From an uncultured delta proteobacterium (GTDB lineage Bacteria; Myxococcota_A; Polyangia; Polyangiales; Houyiibacteriaceae), in assembly GCA_963699755.1 (NCBI GenBank), contig CAVOVB010000001.1, positions 1,056,001-1,120,000 of the forward strand: a stretch of 64,000 nucleotides of DNA. Direction: 5' to 3'. Within the stretch, counting starts at the first letter, position 1; the number at the start of each line of letters is the position of its first letter. Under the pieces are notes generated by a model that was not told where the DNA came from, ran no database searches, and was given only the letters and a program-made list of their open reading frames with translations. Below, in pieces: positions 38,720 to 48,247 of this stretch. The translations under genes were made by a program, and so were the position numbers.

Positions 38720-40495
38720 TCAGCTGCTGGCCCCGTCGCCCAACTTCTTCATGGGAATCGACCGAATGTAGGTTCCCGACGTCCGCTGATTGGCCTGGAG
38801 CCAAGGCGTCAGATCCGTTGGCGATTCGGGGCGTGCGTAGAGATAACCCTGCGCGATGTCGCAGCCGTGGTCTCGCATGTACTCGAGTTGGACTTCGGTT
38901 TCGACTCCTTCGGCGATCACCTCGAGACCGAGATTCTGTCCGAGGCCGATGATCATGTTCGAGATCGGTCCGCCGCGGTCGCTCGACTCGATGCTCTGGA
39001 CGAAACTCTTGTCGATCTTCAGGGCGTTGAGCGGGAACTCGTTGAGATAGGTGAGCGAAGAGTAGCCCGTGCCGAAGTCGTCGATCGCGATGCGCACGCC
39101 CACCTTGCGAATCTCGCGAAGCAGAGCGCCAGCTTGGGCTGGGTCGCTCATGAGGCAGCTCTCGGTGAGCTCGAGCTCCAGGAGCTCAGGTGAAAGCGCG
39201 GTCTCGGCGAGTGCAGATCGAATCTTGTCGAGCAGCATCGGATCCTCGAACTGCTGCGCCGAGACATTCACACTGATCCGCATCGGCTGTAGCTCCATCG
39301 CATGCCATCTTCGAATCTGCTCACAGGCGGTGTTCAAGACCCATTCGCCGAGTTCGTTGATCAGCCCAAATTCCTCGAGCGCCCCGATGAAGTGATAAGG
39401 GGTGAGGAGTCCTCGGGTCGGGTGCATCCAACGAATCAGCGCCTCAACCCCTATGACGGCTCCGCTTCGAAGGCAAATCTGTGGCTGATAGACCAGCTGA
39501 AATTCGTTCGCCTCCACTGCGCGACGCAGCGCCCATTCGAGAGCTCGCCTCGACTGGGCTTCTTCCTGCATGGCATCTGCGAAGAACTGGTAGCAGGCGC
39601 GCCCCGTGGATTTCGCCTGGTACATCGCGAGGTCAGCGGCTCTGAGAAGCTCGGACAAATTGTTCCCGTTCTCCGGATACATCGCGATGCCGATGCTGCT
39701 CGAGGCGTTGACCTCGTGACCATCGAGGTTGGTGACCTTTCGAAGGCTATCCACAATTCGCTCGATGACGGGCAGAACCTCTCTCGCCTCACTCACGCCT
39801 TCGAGCACGACCGCGAACTCGTCGCCTCCTAGGCGAGCAACCGTGTCCTGGTCACGGACGCTCGCCCGGATTCGCTTCGCGGCTTCGACGAGCAGCTTGT
39901 CGCCTACCTCGTGCCCCAACATGTCGTTGATCTCTTTGAAACGGTCCATGTCGAGAATCAGGGTTGCGACGCCCGAGCCGGATCGCATCGCCCGAGCCAA
40001 AGCATGATTGACGCGCTCTCGCAGGAGCGATCGGTTTGGCAGCCCCGTGAGCTGGTCGAACTGGGCGAGCCGAACCAGCTCCAGCTCCGTGCGCTTGCGC
40101 TCGATCGCATAGCGGATGACCCGGTGCAGATTCGCCCCGTCGATGTGACCCTTGACCAGGTAGTCCTGCGCTCCGGCTTTTACCGAGCGCAACGAGATCG
40201 CCTCATCTTCCCAGGCGCTGACGATCACCAGCGGCACCTCCGGATACGCGGTCTGCAGGCTGGCAACGGTATGTGTGCCCCGGGAGTCCGGTAGATTGAG
40301 GTCGGCGAGGATCACGTCCGGGCTGAGCTCGTCGGCCGAGAGCACGGCGTCGTTCACAGTCCGCACGTGTGTGATGCGATAGTACGACTCCGATACCCGC
40401 CGCAGCAGCCGCCGGATGAGCTGCGCGTCGATGCGGTTGTCCTCGACGAGGAGAACCTCACGGACCTCGCGCTCCTCCTCGGCTCTATCGACCAT
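38720..40495 (-). CDS. REC-GGDEF-EAL c-di-GMP enzyme
   Basis: REC (ADLNLPD), RLGGDEF, EALIRW, ELTES, DDFGTGYSS, KIDKSF, AEGVET, QGY. Confidence 0.94.
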   Translation of the reverse strand: MVDRAEEEREVREVLLVEDNRIDAQLIRRLLRRVSESYYRITHVRTVNDAVLSADELSPDVILADLNLPDSRGTHTVASLQTAYPEVPLVIVSAWEDEAISLRSVKAGAQDYLVKGHIDGANLHRVIRYAIERKRTELELVRLAQFDQLTGLPNRSLLRERVNHALARAMRSGSGVATLILDMDRFKEINDMLGHEVGDKLLVEAAKRIRASVRDQDTVARLGGDEFAVVLEGVSEAREVLPVIERIVDSLRKVTNLDGHEVNASSSIGIAMYPENGNNLSELLRAADLAMYQAKSTGRACYQFFADAMQEEAQSRRALEWALRRAVEANEFQLVYQPQICLRSGAVIGVEALIRWMHPTRGLLTPYHFIGALEEFGLINELGEWVLNTACEQIRRWHAMELQPMRISVNVSAQQFEDPMLLDKIRSALAETALSPELLELELTESCLMSDPAQAGALLREIRKVGVRIAIDDFGTGYSSLTYLNEFPLNALKIDKSFVQSIESSDRGGPISNMIIGLGQNLGLEVIAEGVETEVQLEYMRDHGCDIAQGYLYARPESPTDLTPWLQANQRTSGTYIRSIPMKKLGDGASS

Positions 40496-40641
40496 CCACC
40501 ACTACCCAAACCGCAGAAATGCCGTTCCCACTGACCTATTACAGTGCTATGGTTTTGTAGAGGCGTCAAGAGTGATTCCACGCTGGAGTGAGGGTGCGGC
40601 GCAATAAGGCTCAAACAAAAGCGATCGAGGGAGCGGAGAGA

Positions 40642-42585
40642 ATGCGTGTCCTCATCGTTTCGGAGAATCCGGAGCAGATCGTGCTCGTCCGCGAAGGTCT
40701 TCGCGCCTGGCCCGATTCGGTGCTCTGCCGGGTAGCGGTGAACCGCGAAGACGCGCTGGTCCAGCTCGAGAGCCATGAGCCACAGGTACTCTGTTGGGAT
40801 ACCCGACTCGGCGCAGAGCTCCCGATGAGCGGGCCAGGGATCTCGATCTTGCTACTCGGCGACGAGCTCTGCACGCTCCCCGAGGCAGAGTGCACGGAGA
40901 GGCTTCTGCCGGACACGTACATCGAGGGCCTTCGGCAGGCCATCAATCGAGAGTATGAGCTTCGTCGCCTCTTGATACAGTTGCGAGAGGCCCATGGCGT
41001 CGAAACGCAGCGCCGCTTGCTGCTTGCGCGTGCCGCCGATGGCATCGTCGTCGTGGATGCAGCGTGCCGCGTACTCTTTGCAAATGCTTCCGCCGGCGCA
41101 ATGCTCGGTGTCGAGTACGAAGATCTGATCGGCGAGCCCTTCGAGCATTCGATTCCGGAGGAATCCAAGCCAAGCACCTATCGAGTGGAGCAACCCAACG
41201 GCCTGGTGTCTGCGCTGACGGCGACCGCGATAGTATCGATCTGGGATGGGCGCGACGCGACCATCATTCAGATGCAGCCAGCGTTCCGACCAAGTGCCCC
41301 TCCGGCCGCCAGTTCGAGCGCACCGCCTTTGATGCCCGGGGCGCGTGTCTCCGAAGACCGCCTTCGTACGGTTGGACGCCTTGCCGCAGGCCTCGCCCAC
41401 GAGGTGAACAATCCACTCACGTTCGTCCTTGCAAACCTCGAAAGCTTACGCGAATCCCATCAAGCCATCCGTCGTTTCGTCCGTAAACTGAGGGTCGATC
41501 TGGCTACCAAGGAGGCGATCACCCCCCAATCTTTCGAGCAGATCGCAGGAGACTCGAATCTGCAGGAAGTCATCGACGATGCCGCCGACATGCTCACCGA
41601 CTGCTACAAGGGCACGCACCGCATTCAAGACATCGCCCGGAGCCTCGGGACTTTTTCGCGGGCCGACGAAAGTCAGGCCGAGATGCTGGACATCACCCGG
41701 ATCGTCGATGACGCCTGTGCCATGGTCTTCAATCAGATTCGCTATCGAGCCCGACTGGTGAAGCGCTTCGAGCCCATTCCGATGATTGCAGGGTATCCGG
41801 GCCAAATCGCGCAAGCGCTGGTCAACATGCTGACCAATGCCGCCGAGGCAATCGAGGGCGGGGCCTACGCGCAGCACCGGATCATCGTCTCGACGCGAGT
41901 CGAAGATGAGCAGGTCGTCATTGCGGTGAGTGACACCGGCGTTGGCATCGACGACTCGCTTCGCGAACAAATCTTCACGCCGGGCTTCACGACCAAGGCT
42001 CATGCTGGCGGGCTCGGTCTGGGCCTGAGCGCCTGCCAACGTGTTGCGCACGAGCACGGTGGGCGGCTCGACGTTCAGCGCCTTCCCGACGGCGGGAGCT
42101 GTTTCACGTTGATCCTTCCGTTCGACACCGGGCTCACCGTCGTCGAGCCGACTCGCGAAAGTCGACCGATCTCCGAGACTCCCCTCGAGCGGTCTCGACT
42201 CCTGATCATCGACGACGATGCGATGGTTCTCTCGGCACTCCGAAGACGTCTGCACCCACGCTACGACGTGGTCACAGTCCTCGGTGGTGTCGAGGCGCTC
42301 GCACGCCTCGCCGAAGACGCGGCCTTCGACTCGATCATTTGCGACCTGATGATGCCGGAAGTCGACGGGAAGTCGTTCTATGACGCCATCCAAAAAGAGC
42401 ACCCCGAGTTGGCTGACCGGATCGTGTTCATGAGTGGCGGCGCCTTCACGCCTCGCCTGCGGAAGTTCGCCTCTGCGGTGTCCAATCCAGTCCTGCAGAA
42501 GCCGGTGAGCAGAGAAGATCTCGAGGCCATGCTCGGTGCACGCCGCGACGACGTGCCTGTCGAACGACGATCAGTCGTTCCTTAG
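40642..42585 (+). CDS. Hybrid sensor histidine kinase (degenerate REC-PAS-HK-REC)
   Basis: ATG at 40642 after GGAGAG; PAS-like ADGIVVVD, AHEVNNPL, DTGVG, GLGLGL, C-terminal REC CDLMMP. Confidence 0.92.
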   Translation: MRVLIVSENPEQIVLVREGLRAWPDSVLCRVAVNREDALVQLESHEPQVLCWDTRLGAELPMSGPGISILLLGDELCTLPEAECTERLLPDTYIEGLRQAINREYELRRLLIQLREAHGVETQRRLLLARAADGIVVVDAACRVLFANASAGAMLGVEYEDLIGEPFEHSIPEESKPSTYRVEQPNGLVSALTATAIVSIWDGRDATIIQMQPAFRPSAPPAASSSAPPLMPGARVSEDRLRTVGRLAAGLAHEVNNPLTFVLANLESLRESHQAIRRFVRKLRVDLATKEAITPQSFEQIAGDSNLQEVIDDAADMLTDCYKGTHRIQDIARSLGTFSRADESQAEMLDITRIVDDACAMVFNQIRYRARLVKRFEPIPMIAGYPGQIAQALVNMLTNAAEAIEGGAYAQHRIIVSTRVEDEQVVIAVSDTGVGIDDSLREQIFTPGFTTKAHAGGLGLGLSACQRVAHEHGGRLDVQRLPDGGSCFTLILPFDTGLTVVEPTRESRPISETPLERSRLLIIDDDAMVLSALRRRLHPRYDVVTVLGGVEALARLAEDAAFDSIICDLMMPEVDGKSFYDAIQKEHPELADRIVFMSGGAFTPRLRKFASAVSNPVLQKPVSREDLEAMLGARRDDVPVERRSVVP

Positions 42586-43965
42586 GCCTAGCTCTTTCAT
42601 CTTGTTCTGGAGGCTCTTGCGCGAGATCTTGAGGAGTCGGGCCGTGTGGGTGACGTTGCCCCCTGTTTGATCGAGCGCCCGCCCGATGAACTCGCGTTCG
42701 AGCTTGAGCGTAGCTTCCCGAACCGCCTCCTTGAGCCCCGTCTCGCCGGGTATCGGACTGCTGACCCCGACGAGGCCCGGTTCGAGCTCGCCCTTCGTCT
42801 CTCGGATCTCCGCGGGAAGATGCTCTGTGCCGACCTCACCATCTTCGGCGAAGATCATGCATCGCTCGACCACGTTCTCGAGCTCCCGGATGTTTCCTGG
42901 CCAAGCATAGTGGAGCAAGCGCTCGCGCGACTGCTCGTCGAAGCCCGTCACGGAGCGATCGAGCTTGGCGTTGAACTTTCGTACGAAATGCTCGAGCAGC
43001 AGCGGAATGTCGCTCGGTCGAGCGCGCAGGGGCGGCAGGTGCACGTGCACGACATTGAGGCGGTAGTAAAGATCCTCACGAAAACCGCCTTCAGCGATGC
43101 TCTCCTTGAGGTTCCGGTTCGTCGCTGCGACGAGCCGGATGTCGACCGTGATCGTCTTGATGCCGCCGACTCGTTCGAACTCTTGCTCCTGAAGCGCGCG
43201 CAGGAGCTTCACCTGCATGCTGACCGGGATCTCGGCGATTTCGTCGAGAAACAAGGTTCCCCCATGCGCCAGCTCGAAGCGCCCTGGCTTGCTCGTGACC
43301 GCCCCGGTGAACGCCCCTCTTTCGTATCCAAACAGCTCACTTTCGAGCAGGTCTGGCGGGATGGCAGCGCAGTTGACACTGACGAAGGGCCTGTTCTTGC
43401 GCGCGCTGTTCTCGTGGAGTGCCCGCGCGATGAGCTCTTTGCCCGTCCCGCTTTCGCCGGTGATGAGGACCGTGCTGGGCGTATCGGCGACCTTCTCAAT
43501 CGCGTCGTAGACGCCGACCATCGGCTCGGACTCCCCGATGATCCGATAGCGGCCCCGCTCGTTTGGGTCTCCGCTCACGTGTTTCTGGGAGAGCTCGCGC
43601 GTTCGGGCTGCCTTGGCGACCACCGCTCGGAACTCCGCCCGGTCGAAGGGCTTGGTCACATAGTCGAACGCACCGAGCTTGAGGGCCTCCACTGCGGTGT
43701 CGACTGTACCGTGTGCGGTGATCATGATCACCGGCACGTTCGGAAAACGTCCGCCGACCGCCTTGAGGACTTGCATTCCGTCGAGCTTGGGCATGCGAAG
43801 ATCGGTGATGAGGACATCGATGTGATGCTCCGCCATGGCCTTGAGAACGGCCTCTCCGTCGGCGACGCAGTGCACTTCGTACCCGTCATGCTGCAGCTGC
43901 GCTCGCAAAACGCGCCGCAAATTGTCCTCGTCATCGGCGACTAGGACCTGTTTGGTTTCGCCCAC
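42571..43965 (-). CDS. Sigma54-dependent response regulator (NtrC/AtoC family)
   Basis: REC (TDLRMP), GESGTGKE, GAFTGA, FLDEI, WPGNIRELEN, Fis-type HTH. Confidence 0.94.
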   Translation of the reverse strand: MGETKQVLVADDEDNLRRVLRAQLQHDGYEVHCVADGEAVLKAMAEHHIDVLITDLRMPKLDGMQVLKAVGGRFPNVPVIMITAHGTVDTAVEALKLGAFDYVTKPFDRAEFRAVVAKAARTRELSQKHVSGDPNERGRYRIIGESEPMVGVYDAIEKVADTPSTVLITGESGTGKELIARALHENSARKNRPFVSVNCAAIPPDLLESELFGYERGAFTGAVTSKPGRFELAHGGTLFLDEIAEIPVSMQVKLLRALQEQEFERVGGIKTITVDIRLVAATNRNLKESIAEGGFREDLYYRLNVVHVHLPPLRARPSDIPLLLEHFVRKFNAKLDRSVTGFDEQSRERLLHYAWPGNIRELENVVERCMIFAEDGEVGTEHLPAEIRETKGELEPGLVGVSSPIPGETGLKEAVREATLKLEREFIGRALDQTGGNVTHTARLLKISRKSLQNKMKELGLRND

Positions 43966-44016
43966 GTTGGGCAGTGTAGTGCAGCACGCTCCGCTGTACA
44001 GACGCCTCGGCGGAGC

Positions 44017-44694
44017 TCAGCTCGCGACGCTCAGCCGTTGCTTGGCGGCCCTGATGACCGTTGCGCGCTTCTTCCGCGCCCGTTCGTAATCCAAAACCGC
44101 AGTCGCTTGTGGTCCCGAGAGCCTCTGAACCCGGTTCACGACGTCCTTGGCGGTTAGCTGATCGTAGTTGTGCAGTGGAGCGTCTGCCTTCTTGGCCGCA
44201 GCCTTGCCTGGCCTTGGCTTCGCCGCCCTGGGCTTCTTTGCAGGCTTGGAGGCCGCTGGTTTGGCAGCCTTCACCGATTGTTCGAGCCTCTCATCAACCC
44301 GGCTTTGTGCTTTTTCGAGCAGACCCCTCGCCGTTTGGAGCACGGTGGTCTCCACCGCCTCGGGCTTGAGTGCCTCGCGGGTGCTCAAAGCCTGCCGCTC
44401 GGCGCGATTGAAACGCTCCTTGAGCGCGGTGACGTACGCGTCGCGGGTCTGCAGAACGAGGCGCTGCCAATCGAGCACTTCCTTGTGCAAGGCCTTGCCA
44501 AAGGCGTCCGCGGACTGGCTCGTGCTGACCGCCAACCTGCTACCCGCGGCGCCGATATCCTGGACGAAGGTCCGACTGGCCTCCCGGGATTCGACGAGAA
44601 AGATCTCGCCTGCGTCCCAGGTTTGCTGAAACAAGAGCGTCCCCTGCCGTTGAAGCCGGGTGCTGCTCCGACGAAGTTGGTTGTTGCGAATCAT
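44017..44694 (-). CDS. Hypothetical phasin/lipid-granule-associated-like protein with Lys/Ala/Pro tract
   Basis: Amphipathic helical N-half, AAKPAASKPAKKPRAAKPRPGKAAAKK tract and a C-terminal NYDQLTAKDV..R...LS....VLDYERARKKRATV module; GGAGA SD. Confidence 0.7.
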   Translation of the reverse strand: MIRNNQLRRSSTRLQRQGTLLFQQTWDAGEIFLVESREASRTFVQDIGAAGSRLAVSTSQSADAFGKALHKEVLDWQRLVLQTRDAYVTALKERFNRAERQALSTREALKPEAVETTVLQTARGLLEKAQSRVDERLEQSVKAAKPAASKPAKKPRAAKPRPGKAAAKKADAPLHNYDQLTAKDVVNRVQRLSGPQATAVLDYERARKKRATVIRAAKQRLSVAS

Positions 44695-44708
44695 ATCTCC
44701 ATCCTCTC

Positions 44709-44765
44709 CTGGATGACGCAGCGCGTTATCCAGCCTGACGATAGCTACGAACCCGCCCGCGTCAA
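44709..44765 (-). promoter_or_regulatory. Putative promoter with overlapping 25-bp palindromic operator
   Basis: TTGACG (44765-44760), 16 bp, TATCGT (44743-44738); palindrome CTGGATGACGCAGCGCGTTATCCAG at 44709-44733. Confidence 0.55.
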
Positions 44766-44818
44766 GATCATCCCGAAACCGTGAACCCTTTCCCCAGTTC
44801 GCATAGACTTTCGGGCTA

Positions 44819-46408
44819 GTGACCCTTGTGGCCTTGCGAACGCTAGTCGTAGACGACTCGAGCTCCGTCCGGAAGCTCCTCTGTGAGCTCTTGCGCGAGC
44901 GAGGTCACCAAGTGACGATGCTGGAAACCGCCGAGGCGGCCCTCGAGGCCCACCTGCGCGAGCCCTTTCAGCTGATGCTCGTCGATTGGACCTTGGCGGG
45001 GATGTCCGGCCTCGACCTCTGCCGAGCTGTCCGCAGCCGCCCCGGCGGCGAGAACGTGGTCATTGTGGTCATCACCGGCCGCAATCGTGCTGATGACCTG
45101 CACGCGGTGCTCGACGCTGGCGCATCAGACTACGTTTCGAAGCCCATCGATCCGGAGATCCTGGATACCCGGCTGCTGATCGCCGAGCGGTCGATCCGGG
45201 ACGGCAATCGCCACGCTGCCGAGCGGCAAGAGATGGAGTCCCGCCTCGCGTTTGCAGATCGAATGGCCTCGATCGGCACCCTCACGGCCGGTGTTGCCCA
45301 CGAGCTGAACAACCCGTTGATGTACGTGCTCTCGAATCTGCGACTCATGCGGGAGGAGATCGACACCCAGCCCGACGCAGAGTCGCTGGAGCTCGCTCGG
45401 CAGCAGCTAGACGAGGCGATTCATGGTGCCGTTCGCATGCAGAACATCGTCCGCGACCTCAAGACCTTCTCCCGCGTCGACGACGAGCAACGAGGCAATG
45501 TCGACGTACAGAGCGTCCTCGAATCGTCCATCAACATCTGCTGGAATGAAATCCGCCACCGCGCGACGCTCGACCGAGACTTCGGCGAGACGCCAGCGGT
45601 GGATGTCAACGAATCTCGGCTAGGCCAGGTATTTCTGAACCTATTGATCAACGCCGCCCAAGCGATGCCCGAGCGCCCGGTGGCGGAGAACGGCATCACG
45701 GTGCGCAGCTACACCGACGAAGAGGGCTGGGCAGTGGTCGAGGTCAGCGACAACGGCACCGGCATCGAGCCCGAGCGCATGAGCCATGTCTTCGAGCCCT
45801 TCTTCACGACCAAGGGCATTTCCGAAGGCACCGGCCTCGGGTTATCGATCTGCAGAAGCATCATCCGAGACGCCGGAGGGACGATCGAGGCGCAGAGCGA
45901 GCCCGGTCGCGGAAGCACGTTCGTGGTGCGGCTACCCGCTTCGATCCGGGCGCACGCGTCCGAACAAGCGCATCCGCCGTCAACAGCCACCGCTGGCTCG
46001 AGCGCATCGGTCGTCGTGATCGACGATGAGCCCTTGGTCGGTCGATCGATCCGGCGCGCGCTCCGCGGACACGAGGTGGACGTTTTCTCGAGCGGTAAAG
46101 AAGCGATCGCGCGCCTCTGCTCAGAGGAACCCTTCGACGTCGTCTTCTGTGACCTGATGATGCCGGAGGTCAGCGGAATGGAAGTGTTCCGACAAGTGTC
46201 AACGCGACGCCCCGAGGTCGCGTCGCGCTTCGTCTTCATGACGGGCGGGGCCTTCACCGCAGAAGCCAGAGCGTTTCTAGAGGAAACTCGGCTGCCCTGT
46301 CTCGAAAAGCCCTTCGAGCTCGGTCGGATCCGAGACTTGGTGAGCGAGCGAGCCGAGGGCGCTTCCCCCGACCTGGTGGCGATGGGTGGATTCGAACCAC
46401 CGACCTAG
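44819..46408 (+). CDS. Hybrid histidine kinase REC-HK-REC
   Basis: N-terminal REC (VDWTL), AHELNNPL, DNGTG, FEPFFTTK, GTGLGL, C-terminal REC CDLMMP. The 3' end overlaps the tRNA. Confidence 0.92.
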   Translation: MTLVALRTLVVDDSSSVRKLLCELLRERGHQVTMLETAEAALEAHLREPFQLMLVDWTLAGMSGLDLCRAVRSRPGGENVVIVVITGRNRADDLHAVLDAGASDYVSKPIDPEILDTRLLIAERSIRDGNRHAAERQEMESRLAFADRMASIGTLTAGVAHELNNPLMYVLSNLRLMREEIDTQPDAESLELARQQLDEAIHGAVRMQNIVRDLKTFSRVDDEQRGNVDVQSVLESSINICWNEIRHRATLDRDFGETPAVDVNESRLGQVFLNLLINAAQAMPERPVAENGITVRSYTDEEGWAVVEVSDNGTGIEPERMSHVFEPFFTTKGISEGTGLGLSICRSIIRDAGGTIEAQSEPGRGSTFVVRLPASIRAHASEQAHPPSTATAGSSASVVVIDDEPLVGRSIRRALRGHEVDVFSSGKEAIARLCSEEPFDVVFCDLMMPEVSGMEVFRQVSTRRPEVASRFVFMTGGAFTAEARAFLEETRLPCLEKPFELGRIRDLVSERAEGASPDLVAMGGFEPPT

Positions 46409-46450
46409 CGCGTATGAAACGCCCGCTCTAACCACCTGAGCTACATCGCC
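46374..46450 (-). tRNA. tRNA-Met (CAT), probably elongator
   Basis: GGCGATGTAGCTCAGGTGGTTAGAGCGGGCGTTTCATACGCGCTAGGTCGGTGGTTCGAATCCACCCATCGCCACCA: 77 nt, cloverleaf, G1-C72 pair, loop TTCATAC, encoded CCA. Confidence 0.95.
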
Positions 46451-46461
46451 AGCGGGGCGCG

Positions 46462-46489
46462 AGTATAGGCATGGGCGCAAAGCGCGCAA
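46462..46489 (-). promoter_or_regulatory. Putative sigma70 promoter of tRNA-Met
   Basis: TTGCGC, 16 bp, TATACT, followed by a GC-rich discriminator-like CGCGCC. Confidence 0.55.
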
Positions 46490-46544
46490 TGTGGGCTAGC
46501 GTCCGAGCCTGAATCCGAGCTTGGCACGGCCTTGGGATTGGTTT

Positions 46545-47717
46545 ATGGCCGGGGTCGTGTCTAGAAACGTTCGTTTCTTCCAGCTCGTCCCCCTCGCCTT
46601 GCTTGCCCCTGCCATCCCGGCGTTCGCGCAGTCGGGCGGCTGGGGTGAGCCTATCGCAGCCCCTAGCAAAGCCGAACCGGCCCTGCAGCCGGCGGACCCG
46701 GAGCCCGCTCCGAGGGCACGACCGGAGCCAGGTCCAGCCGAGCCTTCCCGAGCGGAGCCCAATCCGGATTGGGCCGACGCGGCCCCGACTGCTGAGGAGC
46801 AGCGTTCGACGGAAAATCCCGACTGGGTCGAAGAGACCGAGCCGCCGGTCATCGAGAACACGAAACGCCGGGCGTCGGAGGCATACGACATTCGCTATGC
46901 GAACCGCAGTCTGACGATGCCTCGAGGCATGATGCGCGGCACCTTCGACACCGTGGTCGGCCGACGCACCGAAGGTGCGCAAATAGACCCTCCGTTTGGG
47001 ACGACCGGCACCATCTCCACGATGAGCTTCGGTGTCTCGATCACCCTTGCCGAAGATTTCGAGATTGGATTCTCGCGTTACCGAATGGGCTCATACCCGG
47101 ATATCGGCATCTTTCAGGGCTTCGGTTTTGGCGGCGAAGGGCTGATCAGCTTCAGCATGTCACCAGACGCGAAGTTCGGAGACATTCCGTTCTACGCTCG
47201 CTTCGAAGCAATCGATCGCGAACACGCGAAGCTGGGCTTCGACGCGGTGTTTCGGATTCCATCACGGACGGAGTTTGGATTCCTCGGCGGTATTCCTCTC
47301 CGCTTCATTGCTCAGGAGCAGCTCGCGTTCGACACCGGTGTCCAGTTCGCCGTGGACAGCAATCCCGCAGGGCCATCGGTCTGGACCCTGAACATCCCTT
47401 TCACGTTCGTCGCCAACGCCACCGATCAGCTGTTCGTGAAGCTCAGCAGTGGTATGACCTTCTTCGATCTGGGTCACACGATTCGCACCGCTACCTCGGG
47501 CCTGGTTCAAGGCCCGTTTTACTTCTTCCCGCTCGGCGCAAGCGTCGGCGGTACGGTCGAAGCCGGCACCACGATGATGGATATCTTTGCGAGCTTCCGC
47601 TTTCCAGCACTTTATGGTTTCACCACGCGAGCTTCCGAGCTGAACGCGGAGAGCTGGCAAGTCACCGTTGGAGTCAACCTCTACTCGCCCGTTCTATTCA
47701 AGGGCAGCGCGCTCTGA
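46545..47717 (+). CDS. Hypothetical exported protein, probable outer-membrane beta-barrel with Pro-rich N-terminal linker
   Basis: Signal peptide (PAFAQ), Pro/Glu linker, RSLTMPRGM, then aromatic-rich amphipathic strands. Confidence 0.65.
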   Translation: MAGVVSRNVRFFQLVPLALLAPAIPAFAQSGGWGEPIAAPSKAEPALQPADPEPAPRARPEPGPAEPSRAEPNPDWADAAPTAEEQRSTENPDWVEETEPPVIENTKRRASEAYDIRYANRSLTMPRGMMRGTFDTVVGRRTEGAQIDPPFGTTGTISTMSFGVSITLAEDFEIGFSRYRMGSYPDIGIFQGFGFGGEGLISFSMSPDAKFGDIPFYARFEAIDREHAKLGFDAVFRIPSRTEFGFLGGIPLRFIAQEQLAFDTGVQFAVDSNPAGPSVWTLNIPFTFVANATDQLFVKLSSGMTFFDLGHTIRTATSGLVQGPFYFFPLGASVGGTVEAGTTMMDIFASFRFPALYGFTTRASELNAESWQVTVGVNLYSPVLFKGSAL

Positions 47718-48247
47718 TGATCTACGAGCTCGGCGAGCGTCGCGTACGAATCGAAGGCGAAGTCTACGTCGCCCCGTCGGCCGACGTGATCGGCTCGGTC
47801 GTCCTCAAAGACAAGTGCAGCGTCTGGTTCAATGCCGTTGTGCGTGGCGACTCGGACGAGCTCGTGGTTGGCGAGCAAACCAACATCCAGGACGCTGCGG
47901 TCCTTCATACCGATCCCGGCATCCGCCTCGTCCTGGGACGCGGCGTGACCGTCGGCCATCACGCCATGGTGCACGGCTGCGAGGTGGGCGACTTCAGCCT
48001 CATCGGCATCCACGCCGTGGTTCTCAACCATGCCAAAATCGGCAAGTACTGCACGATTGGCGCCAACGCGTTGATCACTCAGGGGCAGGAAATCCCGGAC
48101 TACTCGGTCGTGCTGGGCTCCCCCGGCAAGGTCGTTCGCCAGCTCGCCCCCGACAAGGCCTCGAGCCTCGAGAAGAGCGCCGCGGGCTATGTGAGCCGCG
48201 CGCGCGAGTACCTGGAGGCTCTCCGAGCTGACGAGCGTTTCGCCTGA
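47717..48247 (+). CDS. Gamma-class carbonic anhydrase family (hexapeptide repeat) protein
   Basis: [39 protein letters not shown]. Confidence 0.92.
   Translation: MIYELGERRVRIEGEVYVAPSADVIGSVVLKDKCSVWFNAVVRGDSDELVVGEQTNIQDAAVLHTDPGIRLVLGRGVTVGHHAMVHGCEVGDFSLIGIHAVVLNHAKIGKYCTIGANALITQGQEIPDYSVVLGSPGKVVRQLAPDKASSLEKSAAGYVSRAREYLEALRADERFA

Noticed and set aside
46374..46450. tRNA as a genomic-island attachment site; alternative identity as Ile2 or initiator Met
   Set aside because: No integrase or duplicated 3' end in the window. The G1-C72 pair and lack of three consecutive G-C anticodon-stem pairs argue against initiator; the acceptor stem and TTCATAC loop fit elongator Met better than Ile2.
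46521..46537. Sigma54 promoter-like TTGGCACG upstream of the OM protein
   Set aside because: The -12 position reads GG rather than GC, and it is too close to the proposed start.
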